Source of the DNA: Lama guanicoe
Lineage: Eukaryota
Direction: 5' to 3'
DNA: 64,000 nt
Assembly (NCBI GenBank): GCA_013239625.1
Contig: MU054049.1
Coordinates: 1,801,892 to 1,865,891, forward strand
Below are positions 52,780 to 64,000 of this stretch, one piece after another. The position numbers were made by a program, and so were the translations under genes. Numbering within the stretch: position 1 is the stretch's first letter; each line of letters begins with the position of its first letter. The notes under the pieces were generated by a model. It was given only the letters and a program-made list of their open reading frames with translations, searched no databases and was not told where the DNA came from.

Positions 52780-53950
52780 AAGAGAAAAACAGAAAAAAGT
52801 ATCTGTCATAAGATCAATAAGCCCAGAGTGAAAAACAGGTTTCCTCATACAAATTCAGGATGATAAAGAACTTCATAAAAACCAAAAATTCTTTCTTCTG
52901 TTGACTTTCAAAACACTGAAACTAACCACATGCAGTTTTTATTTTTGAATATGAAGAAAATGTATCAGTGAAAGTCTTTAGAATAAAGGGACAGGGAAGA
53001 TTTTTCTAAGCATGCCACAAAAACGTAAACACATAAAAATTAACTCCACATGACAACAACCCAACATGCTGAAGTAAACGAAAAAAATGAGAAAAAACCC
53101 TTCAGCATATGAAAGATAAATAATTAACATTCTTAATATACAACGAGTTATCACCAGCCAATGAAAAGTCAAAACTACTCCCTAAGAGCTAAATGGGTAG
53201 AAGATGTGAACAAGCAATTTGCAAAACAAATAAAAATGACCAATAAACATATGAAACTGGTTGAACCTCAGAGACATTAAAAAGATTGACAAAATACTAT
53301 CTTGGCGAGGTTGCTTTTGCAAGGAAGACAATGTAAACTGATAGTGCCTTTCAGAAGGATAATTTGCCAGAAGTATCAGAATATAAAGTATATATATCCT
53401 TTGAGCCATTAATTTCACTTCAAGGACTTAATCCTAAGAACATAGTTATGAATAACATATAAAACTAGATAGTGCAGTATGGCTTATAAGATAAAGAAAA
53501 TAAGACTGTCTATAAGTGGAGCATTGGTAAAATTAGGTATGGTTTACAGGTACATACGACAGATTAGGATGTAGCTATTAAAAAATGCTGAAGCTAGTCT
53601 ACATCTGTTGGTGTCGAAAGCCCTAAGTGAGACTATAGGATTTTCAAAAAGAGGAGGTTAAAGCACAGAATATTTGGTGTCGGGGGAGGGTATAGCTCAG
53701 TGGTAGAGTGCATCTTAACACGCATGAGATCCTAGGGTCATTCCCCAGTACCTCCATTAAAAAAATGTTTTTTTAATTAAAAAAGAAAAAGAATATTTAG
53801 TGTGATTTGATTAATGTCAAATGGTTACACAGGTTGTTACAGAGAAGCGTCTGAAAGCATCTGATGGCCACCAAAACATTAACAGTAAATTCTGGTGATA
53901 TTTTACATACTTCATATTTTTCTGGATTTAAAAAATAAGAATAAAATACC
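52780..53950 (+). mobile_element. Degenerate L1ME-like fragment hosting a SINE
   Basis: aaatgggtagaagatgtgaacaagcaatt...aaaatgaccaataaacatatgaaa. Confidence 0.6.
53681..53789 (+). mobile_element. tRNA-derived SINE (vic-1-like) with 14-bp TSD
   Basis: gggggagggtatagctcagtggtagagtgc...ccccagtacctcc plus an A-rich tail. TSD agaatatttRgtgt at 53667-53680 and 53790-53803. Confidence 0.92.
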
Positions 53951-54084
53951 ATTTTTACAAAAAAAACCAAAACAGACTCATAAATTGTGACAAATTCAAT
54001 TGTTCTATTCCCAACAAGAAGGGTTTGGGAAGGATTTTATCTGTATCTAGTTTGGCTATTAAGGCCAATTGGCTGTTCTGTTTG

Positions 54085-54285
54085 CTTTTTCTTTCTTTTT
54101 TTAACTGAAGTATAGTTGATTTACAATGTTGTGTTAGTTTCAGGTGTACAGCAAAGTGACTCGGTTATATACCTCTGTCTTTACAGATCTTTTTCATATT
54201 CTTTTCCACTATAGATTATTACAAGATATTGAATACGGTTCTCTGTGCTATAGAGTAGGACCTCGTTGTTTATCTATTTTTTTTG
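54085..54285 (-). mobile_element. Short young L1 3' terminus
   Basis: aactgaagtatagttgatttacaatgttgtgttagtttcaggtgtacagcaaagtg. Confidence 0.85.
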
Positions 54286-54292
54286 TTCTTAT

Positions 54293-54965
54293 TATATTGC
54301 AGTATAAATAATTTGTTCAGTCTTTGTCTTGGGTTCCTGGCAGAAGCTTCAAAACCCTTGGAATTTCCTGAGTGATAGGGTGTTTGTCATGCTAATGAAG
54401 TGACTTCTAGTGGGTCCCTAGACAGCTTCAGGATTGGGACTTTCACTCATTGACCTCCAGGGAGAGGGAGGACTGGAAATTGAATTCAAGCATGTGGCCA
54501 ATGATTTAATCAATTGTCCCTATGTAATGCAGCCCCAATAAAAGCTCTGGACACCAAAGGTGAGGCTTCTTGGTCAACACGCTGATGTGCCGGGAGAGGG
54601 ACGTGCCTTGACACCACTGAGACAGGGCATGGTAGCTCTGTATTCCCTCCCAGATCTCACCCTATTTGTATCCTTTGTAATAAAACTGTAATAGCACCTT
54701 CCTGGGTTCTGTGAGTCATTCTAATGAATTATCAAACCTGAAGGGGGTTCTGGAAACCTTCCAAGATTGGTAGCTGGTTGATAAGAGGTGCAAGTGGCCT
54801 GGGGGACACTCCCACCCCAGACCTGCAGCTAGAGTCTGAAATAGGGGCAGTCTTGTGGTGGGTTGTGCCTTTAACCCGTGGGGGCTGCCCTAAAACCCAG
54901 GGAGCTGGCATCGGGATTGTACTGAGCTCACCCAGCTTGTGTCAGGCCAGCTGGGTTGACACAGA
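54293..54965 (+). mobile_element. Solo LTR, MER21-like (ERVL group)
   Basis: gtctttgtcttgggttcctggcagaagcttcaaaacccttggaatttcctgagtgatagg...aataaaagctctggacacc...ctgggttctgtgagtcattctaatgaattatcaaacctg. Confidence 0.8.
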
Positions 54966-55199
54966 ATAGCAACCATCCTAAGTAGTAATACAATACTATT
55001 TTCTATAACTGACACTCTTGAGAGTAAAGCAAATGTCATAATATGGTAAATGGCCAACATCTTTGTTGATCAGGTTTGTGATTTTTCTACCATGAACAGT
55101 AAAATGCAAGAGATATTTATTGAGTACTCAAATGCCTCCTTATTGGTGCCATTCATGCAGCCTCCCAAGCTATAATCCCACACATCATGCACCCCAAAG

Positions 55200-55360
55200 C
55201 ACTCATTACTATGTGCTGCATCTGTCCATGCCTCTTTCTCATATGCCAGACTATGAATTCCAAAGCAGGGACCACATCTTATTCACCTGTGTACTCTCAG
55301 AGCCTACCACAGTGCCGAGAGCTTGGCGAATGCCCCATAAGTCTGGTGAATGAATGAGTC
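55200..55360 (+). mobile_element. L2 LINE 3' end
   Basis: agactatgaattccaaagcagggaccacatcttattcac...gagcctaccacagtgcc...gaatgaatga. Confidence 0.7.
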
Positions 55361-55695
55361 AGTCAACCAACTAGCTTTGACCATAAAAATCACTTCTGTG
55401 AAGGAATGTGCTTGAGTGGGTATTTTGGTTTGAAACTTCAGTCATTTTGGGCTCTTACCTCTTTCTGTTCAACTAATACTGAGGGTCTGGTAGATCAAAG
55501 AGATAAATTACCTCTGCAGAAAAACAGTAAATAAAAATATGAATTCCCAAAAAAAGGATGGTGTGAAATATTCTTTTCCTCTTCTTTTAGATTTTTGTGG
55601 TCTCTTATTATGACAGAACATTAGAAATCCAGTTTGAAGGACTAACTCCTCTCCCTAGTCAAAATACTGTTACGCTTCTTATAACAACTGATTCA

Positions 55696-55806
<111 letters not shown>

Positions 55807-57639
55807 CTACAGGATGAAAGAAACACCAAAGCACGTGAGTGCCTAGACAGTAACAGTATTTCTGACTGATGTACTGGGATCAGTATCCATTATCAGCTTA
55901 TGTTATCTCTCTCTCTCCTCTTTTTTTCCTAGGGGCTAAAGTACAGGGAAAAAGAGAAAATCCTGGGATTATACACAGAAGAGAATAAGAAATGATTAAG
56001 TCTAATATATATTTGCTTTGATGCTGGGCAAAGCAAAGCACTTAAACCAATACAAGACTCAGTTTCTTTTTCCAGTTCAAACAAATACAAATGGAAGTAT
56101 CAGAGGTATTTCAAGAACTGGTAAGATCCCAATCACAAACTACAAGGGACTAAAGGAAAGAAAGAAGCATTTTAAGACACTTTTATTTGAAGGGGTTTAA
56201 TTACCATTTTTTCCATTAAGGTAAAGAGTTATTACTATTATGCTTCCTCAGCACTCTCTCTGAGTTGCTGGGACTAGATTAGTAACTGTGAATACCTTTT
56301 AAATGTGCTTCCTGCCACTGAAATACTTAAGCAACTCTATATAAAATGAGCAAGCAACTATATACCTGGTTACAGAGTAACCTTTAAGATCCCTTCCAGC
56401 TCCAAAATCCTCTAGTTTCACAGCTCTGTTTTAAGCTAGAATATTTTAAAATTTTCCAGTAACTTGAGAAAAGTACAGTACATCCCTAGGATGCTGGCTA
56501 AGTATTAATTAAGTGAACAGCTCATTTTGTATATGAGAAGACTGCAGTTTAAGGTCCCAGAGTTTCTGTTTTCCATTTCTTTGCTCTCAGACTAGTTGGT
56601 CTTTCTGCCTCCTAAGGGTTCTTAGTTTTCTGAAACTATCAGACTATATTAAGAGGCTTAATATAATAACAAAGCAAATCTCCCCTGGGTGTTCTCAAGT
56701 ACCAAACAAAGCCTAAAATATAGCTTATGTATAATAGTAAAGAAAATAAAAAGAATGATCTATGACAAATGTTCCCAGAGAAAAACCAAGGATAAAGAAA
56801 GATGCTTCTATGAAACCCACACATAGAAATATAGTAAATTGCTCTCTGAAGTTTCTACAAAGGTATAAAAATTTATTTTACACACTGTCTGGATGGATTA
56901 ACAAGGCTATTCCTTTCACCCCCACTCCCAGGCTATAAATCCTGACAGATATTAATTATAAGTTGGTACTAGACCATTATTCAACACTGTGGTACAGAGC
57001 TTACACGAGAACTCACAAATTAACTGTATAATCAGATGCATAGAGCTTCTGAAAATCTCTTTCAGGTCAAAACTATCAAAGAGCTCAAATTTTCTGAGCA
57101 GGTTCTTAAAAGATACAGAGTCTCTGCCTTTATGCCAATAACACAGAGAACAGACTTCCTGTCAGAACAGACATAACTTTGCCACTCGGCTTCCTGTCAA
57201 ATTCTCCAAACATGCCAAATGAAGAGGAAGATTTCTTAGCCTCCTATTTTGTGTTGTCGCTGTTTTTATACCATCAGAAAGGTTTTAGTCTCTTTCACAT
57301 TGCTATCTCTACATACATGGGCTAATTTAATGAGCAAAAATAGCTTAGCCAAACTAAAGCCCTAACAACAGAGAATTTGAAATATTTAGATTATTAGAAG
57401 CAAAATCTAACCAATTTTATGAACTATTAACCAATTTTATGAAAAAAAAATCTATCTTGAAAAATGACCATAACAAAAACAAACTGTAAAACTGAAATTA
57501 ACTTGCATTTTGTGTTTTGATCAAATAAAATCAAATAAAACTTTAAAAAGGTAATCAGACAGAAATTAAGTGATATAAAGTATTGACATAGTAATTAGGT
57601 ATAAAGAATAACTGCAATGATTAAATATAAAATTCTTTT

Positions 57640-58147
57640 TTAAATTGAAGTATAGTTGATATACAATACTATATTAGTTTCAGGTGTACAGCATAGTGAT
57701 TCAGTATTTTTACAGATTATACTCCATTAAAAGTGATTAGAAGATAATGACTATAATTCCCTGTGCTATACAATATATTCCTATTGCTTATCCATTTTAT
57801 ACATAGTTGTTTGTATCTCTTAATCCCATACCCCTAATTTGCCCCTCCCCCTTCCCTCTTCCCTTTGGTAACCACTAGTTTGTTTTCTGTATCTGTGAGT
57901 CTGTTTCTGTTTTGCATATACATTCATTTGTATATCATTTGATTCCACATATAAGTGATACCATACAGTATTTGTCTCTGTTCTTGACTTTACTTCACTA
58001 AGCATAATATTCTCTAGGTCCATCCATGTTGCAGCAAATGGCAGGATTTCATCCTTTTTTATGGCTCAGTAATATTTCATTGTATTTATTATTCATTTGT
58101 TGATGGGCAGGGCACATGGGTTGCTTCCATATCTTGGCTATTGTTAC
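57640..58147 (-). mobile_element. 5'-truncated young L1 with 11-bp TSD
   Basis: L1 3' UTR plus ORF2 end (MDLENIMLSEVK). TSD aaaattctttt at 57629-57639 and 58148-58158. Confidence 0.9.
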
Positions 58148-61100
58148 AAAATTCTTTTATTCCATTAATATCAAGCAGTTCCAAGGTCAGAAATAAAAGA
58201 GAAGCAGTAAGCTTCTCTTGAGTCTCCTTCAGAGGGACAAGCCATGCTTCTCTCAGTAAGGAGAGGGGTCCCTCAAATGCTAAAGACCAGGACAGGGCCG
58301 CTAATCAGGGTAGTAAATGAACTTCTTTGGTAAAGAACAAAGATCAGCTAAGGACAGAGACCTCAAAAGAGTTGCCAGATTCTTACTTCATAGGGAAAAG
58401 TACTCGGAGTTCTCAAGAGCTCCACACTGGCAACAAATTTCTCCCCACCCAGAGCCAGAGCACTTGAGAAGATTAAACAGAGCAGAAGGAATAAAAGATC
58501 CCATCTTAAACTCTAGTCACATCCTGACCTGACATTCACCAATGACAGAGCTATTTATTTTTACTAATGAACAACTAGAGGGAAAAAGCAGCAGCATTCT
58601 TACCATAGGAGAGTAAGTAGAAGATGCCAATAAACATTCATATCTCAGAATGAGTTTTGATGGGAAGGAAAGAAGAGAGGGGAGGTAAAGGTAATTTGGA
58701 GTCCTGAAGGTTGCAAAGGGGAGCTGTGAGAGCCAAGAGGCAGGAGGAAAATACCGGTATCTAGAGTTAAAAACTAGAGCCCAGCCCGGAAGTGGTAAAG
58801 AGGGAGATGCAGGAAGGAAGCCAAGAAAATGAAAAAAAGAAACAAAGAAAATAATTGTAGAAACCACAGGCCCAGAACTGGGCCCAGGAAGTAGATGGTA
58901 TTCAGGGGGACAGTCTAGTTACAAACATGCAGGCACACATGTGCATGAGCACACACACTTAAGAACTCAGGTTTCCATGTCAACTTAAGCAGGCCCAAGA
59001 AGACACAACTAAACTATGTCCTTCATTATAATGTAAATACATTATACTGTTTGCTGTATTAATAATTTAACAATTATTGTTCCTAAAGAGTTGTTTATAT
59101 GAAATCAATCATATTTATCTAGCTTAAATGAATAGTTGGTACTGATAATGATTTTCTGATGTTTTAGCATATTGTGATTTCTTAAAAAGAAACATAACAT
59201 AAAAAGTTCCTTATGTATCTTTTGGAAGAGAATAAAATAATATTAATGAAGAGTCTTAAAATTATCCTTAGGTTCAGTAACAACAATTCTATAAATTTCT
59301 TCTTTTTATTTGATTTTATTTGATTAAACAATGATACAAAGATGTTTACTACATTATATATGATAGAGAAAAATTTGGGACCACCTATTAGTTCAAAAAC
59401 AGAAACTAAGTCACATTATACCAATCCAACCAATTTTATGGCCATTAACCATATTAACATTATTAGAAAGTATGAAAAAAACTTACAATATGTGGTTAAA
59501 TTGTATAGGTAAAGACAATATTATAAGTAACTTTTGAATACATTTATATACTAAATACTCATGGGTAAAGAAAACAATTATTTGAAAGCTAAAATTATGG
59601 ATTTTTTTTGTCTTTAAAAAAATTGTAACATTAGTAAATTGATTTTGCTTTTTAAAGATGCAATGTAAAATGAAAGCACTAGGCTGACCTTAGTTTCCAC
59701 ATGTGTGACATCAAAGATTAGATTAGGTATCTCTATGTTATTCTGATTCTATATATTGAGAAACATTAAGAGAAAACCACTAAAAATGATACATTTTGAA
59801 CTAATATTCTGGAAAAGTCAAGTGACACATGCTTCAAGAAAAGATTATTAATGATCAGATGTTGAACTCCTTAGAAATAATCAGCAAGTACTGATTGGTT
59901 GTTCATCAAGCTATGGTTTAGTAACACCCCCCTTTCCAAATTTGGTGGTAATAACAAAAAAAAATCAATAATTCCATTTTTAAAAAGGTAAGTGGTGGCG
60001 ATTTTCTGTTTGGGTGGTTGGTCTCTTCACTTTGCTAAATTTCTGATCCAGAAGAGTCCATGAAATATATTCGTTACTTAATCTTACCTGATTGAGTCTA
60101 ACATGGCTAAACACAACTTTTCACAGATGATTTCTTTCTTCCCTTGCTGAGCTATCTGCCACTTTTGCAAGCTGGAGTCATAAATCTTTCCAACCCAAAG
60201 GTAATTCTCCTCTAGAATGTCACCCAGCTGATCTTTCACAGGATTCAACATTGCTTAGGTAAAAGGAGACTGATTCTTCCTTTTAAAAACCAACACTACC
60301 TGAAGGTCACAATGTGGGTCCAACAGGATAGGTGGAGCCTGGATGGAGCTGATTGTTTCTGGAGGTAATAAGGCACTTTGTGGGATTGCCATTTCACTTA
60401 CTATCTGGCGAGCAAAGCCTACAAGTAGAGAGCAGGCCCCCAGAGTTCAGAGATCCACCTTGTATTCTTATGGCGAAAACGGGTCGTATGCTCTATTGCT
60501 TCATTTGGAAAAATGGCCTTTTTCTATTCCTGCTTACTTTCTCTCTGGCATACAAAAAGAAGTAGTATGGTGCAAGTCATCTCCAAAGTGATTTCATATA
60601 GACTTTGTTTTAAACCTAAGATTACAAGACACAGTGAGATAGTAAAGATTTAATTTAATATTCTCTCCAAGGTATGCTGTCCATTTATGTAAAACTCCCT
60701 GTTGCTTATACTGAAATTCATAACTCTATTTTAATAGGTAAGTGTAACTGACAAATGATGAAATGCTTTAATTTAGAAGGCCCAAAGTCATTTGGATTAG
60801 TTTTCTAATTAAGATGTCAATGGCACTTAAGAAAGTCATTTAGTGCTTTCTTCTTTTTCAATGAAAGAGTTAGAAGAGCAAATGTTTTAGAATACAGTAG
60901 TGAATGAAGGAATGACATTTATCAACTGCTTTCCCAAGTACCAGGCCCTGAACGAGGTGCTTTCTCAGTATCAGCCCGTGTGTTGACCACTTTACACCTG
61001 TGGTACTTCCTTATCTTATGGCAATTTAACAAATAGGTTGAGGGAGGGAGAATCCTCAAATTTCCTTGAAAAAGTAATATCAAACAGAAAAGCATTCAAC

Positions 61101-61324
61101 TGGGAGCTTGCTCGTAGCACAGGATTATGACTGAGAGAGAAGAGGAAACCCAGGCATATGTGCTTATAGCAGATGATGTGTCAACCGAATGCAGGGAAGA
61201 GTCTAAATGATTTAAGGCTGAAACAGGTGAGAAGTCTAGAAAGACAGATCTAGTTGCAGTAATCTGTATAAATATATAAATACATGTAGGAGGAGCTACA
61301 TTTTTAAAAAGTAATTTGAAGGCA

Positions 61325-61550
61325 AGGGAATCTAGATTCAAGTCCTGGCTTTGCCACTGTCGGTCTGTGTGACCTGGGGCAAGTTAATTCAACTTCCTGA
61401 GGTTTAGTTCACTGTCGCTAAATTGGAGGTAAGTACAGTATTTATACCTGCCTGAGTGGCTGGATTAAATCAGACATCACATTTAAAGTGCTAAGTAGAA
61501 TGCCAAGCATATAAGAAGAAATTGTTTAATGTCAGCAATTACTTTTGCTA
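61325..61550 (+). mobile_element. MIR SINE
   Basis: ctagattcaagtcctggctttgccact...tgtgtgacctggggcaagttaattcaacttcctgag...taaagtgctaagtagaatgcc. Confidence 0.8.
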
Positions 61551-62391
61551 TTGTTAATTGTATAATTTAAAAAATTTCTACCTGCATTTGACTGAAAACA
61601 ATCTTTAATGAAATATAAATTTGACTTAATTGCATACTGACATAAATCATGGCAGGTTGAAAACAAATAGAGAACTCTATTACTATACATTAAAAATCAA
61701 TCTATCTGCTTCATATCATTCCATCTATTCTACACTTTGGAACTGACACTGGACTTACTGGGCTTTATTTAGCACTTGAAGAATATTTAGTAAATATCCA
61801 TAAATTTGTAACATTCTTAGTGATTTGCAATAATGTATTTATATCTAAAAAGTTAATCTTAAAAAACTGGGCTAGGCACCGACTAACTTGAATGAAATAA
61901 AACTTCCAACCTGTTGCCAAGTTACCTAAAGATTCATTCTTTTTCTATAAAGCGTGTCTCATAAGGATTCTACATTGTAGAAATAAATGTTTTTCAGTGT
62001 TGGTAATACTTACGACTAACTTAACCTATTCACATATACCAAGACTTCACAAATTTCTTGGTGTTACCAAGAACTTAAAAATTACCAAAACTTTAACATT
62101 TCTGGTGTCTCTAAGCATGGGAAACTGAAGGTTAGTACAAGGAAAGGTAGAGAACATTAACTGGTCATGGGGAACTTAGAAAGAAAAGATTTATTTATGT
62201 CCCGGGTTATCTTTTAAAAAGATCATATTTGTAGATAATTTCTAAAAGTAAATGATCTAGCTCCTATAGGAAAGTATTTGTGGTAAAATAGATGTTATCC
62301 ATTAAGAAAAAAGGGACCTTTCAGTGTGCATTAATGTATGATAATGGTTAAATACATTTCGTTTTCATACACTTCTCTCCATACTTTTCAA

Positions 62392-62735
62392 ACATTTCTC
62401 TGCCATAACAAAATACCACAGACTGGGTGACTTAAAAAATAGACATAAATTTTCTCACAGTTTTGGAGACTAGAAGTCCAAGATCAAGGTGTCAGCATGT
62501 TTGGTTTCTTTTGAGACCTCTCTCCTTGGCTTACAGATGGTCACCTTCATGTTATGCCCTCACACAATCTTTTCTCTGTGAGCAAGCACCACTGGTGTTT
62601 TTTGGTATGCCTTAATCTCCGCTTCTTCTAAGGATGCTAGTTAGATTGGATTAGGCGCCACTGTGATCACATCCCTTATACATTCTGACCTACTAGGGCT
62701 GGGGCTTCAACATATGAATGTGTGAGGTGAGGAGC
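62392..62735 (-). mobile_element. MaLR solo LTR (MLT1A/B/C-like)
   Basis: gccataacaaaataccacagactgggtgacttaaa...ttctcacagttttggagactagaagtccaagatcaaggtgtcagc...cttcaacatatgaat. Confidence 0.88.
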
Positions 62736-64000
62736 ACCTACTGCTTATGCAAATGTCTTCTATTATCAATGACCAAGTGACAGATTCACATACACGTTTA
62801 ATAAGTAACATCTGATGAAAAGCTAAAGATAAATCTTATTCTACTTGATATGCAGTAAAAACAATAAAAACATCATGTGTTTGGAGATAACAGCTTTAAG
62901 GCAAGGGTTTGGAACAGTGAAAGCAGGCTCACATTTAAAAAGAATCTAATACGATAAAAGATATTTCTCAGAATCACGAGTCAGGTTCAAGAGAGAAATT
63001 ATAACTATTGGTATATCAAAGAACATTTGGGACAGCTTTTCTGAGGAATTCCTTTTTTTAAAAAATGGTATCTGTGTGTATGTTTCACTTTGGAAAATAG
63101 TGCATTTATTCTTCAAACTTTTTATGAGATTCCTTTAAGAATTCTAAACATTAAAATAACCTAATAAATTATATATATAAAAAACATGTTCAACAGTTAA
63201 TTAGATTCTCAAGTACATTAAGATATAAGGTAATAAATGTAATTATATTTGAAACATCTGCTAAGTTTGAAGTGTAGCAAAAGCCTTTCTGGATTATTTG
63301 GTTATTTTACTAACAATATGAAAGGCTGGGATAAGTAGAGCACCAGAGAGAGACTGTCCCTGTGGTAAGACCCAGGGGGAAGATGTGACGATGAGATACT
63401 GAATGCCACACATGCCGATCCCAGGGCACTCCCAATCCCCTTGCAATGGTACACACAGTCTGCTGTCATTATCAAAAGTCTATGTGGGGATTGGCTCAGG
63501 GGTAGCCATGAAAAACCACAAACCTCATTATCTTATGAATCAATTTCATAACCAAATCCTACTCATGGGAGTTAAACAATGGTTTTCAGAGCTGAGTCAG
63601 TCTTCTCAGCTATAAGAGCAACTGGAGGAACTAAGGAAAATACCACCTGTTTTGGTAAAGCCCTATTTATCTAGAGAACAGAATCAGCATGCCATCGTAT
63701 GACAGTTTATTACGGTTAACAATAGCAAAAATTTGAACTCACAATAGGTCTGGCTCATTTTTATATTTTTGTAATACAATTTAAAAAAAAAGAAAATGAT
63801 TATAGGAGACGGAACGAAGCAGCACAGAAAACCACAGATTCCATCATAAATATGTCAAATTATCAAATAAATAAATAATTTATATGTGAATCTTACCTTT
63901 AATAGAACAACACTGACTTGACTTTTATGGGTTATTGGTTTTACTCATGATAGCAAACCTTGTAGAGAAAATGTCATTGGGCAGGTCTGAAAAAAAAACT

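Noticed and set aside
53682..53756. tRNA gene-like sequence (also ~50315-50390 and ~29720-29795)
   Set aside because: A-rich tails, target-site duplications and no intact cloverleaf indicate SINEs, not tRNA genes.
57408..57445. Short direct repeat taaccaattttatgaa x2
   Set aside because: An ordinary slippage duplication in AT-rich intron sequence.
55807..64000. Next upstream canonical PARG exon (expected to end ...RRELNK)
   Set aside because: Not found by eye; it presumably lies beyond position 64000.

Overview
Mammalian genomic DNA, most likely a camelid: three tRNA-derived SINEs resemble the camelid vic-1 type, and the L1 3' UTRs look laurasiatherian. The only real protein-coding content is the 3' end of PARG (poly(ADP-ribose) glycohydrolase) on the minus strand. 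It has three coding exons (55701-55806, 40828-40956, 39972-40126), with GT-AG junctions and matching phases, plus a ~1 kb 3' UTR. Upstream exons lie beyond 64000. Downstream of PARG (1-39 kb) is an intergenic tract dense in L1. It holds a near-full-length L1 nested in an older full-length L1, a heavily decayed processed ferritin light chain (FTL) pseudogene with a TSD and a broken iron-responsive element (invisible in the ORF track), and a CpG-rich element at ~3.2-3.9 kb with a CTCF-like motif, a TATA box and (GT)n. A 712-N gap (42984-43695) is flanked by a ~1.02 kb near-identical duplication that looks like an unmerged heterozygous contig overlap. Nearly all ORFs in the supplied track are spurious or L1-derived. 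I see no evidence for a genuinely new biological system; the best leads are regulatory or evolutionary. Repeat family names and boundaries are by eye and approximate.
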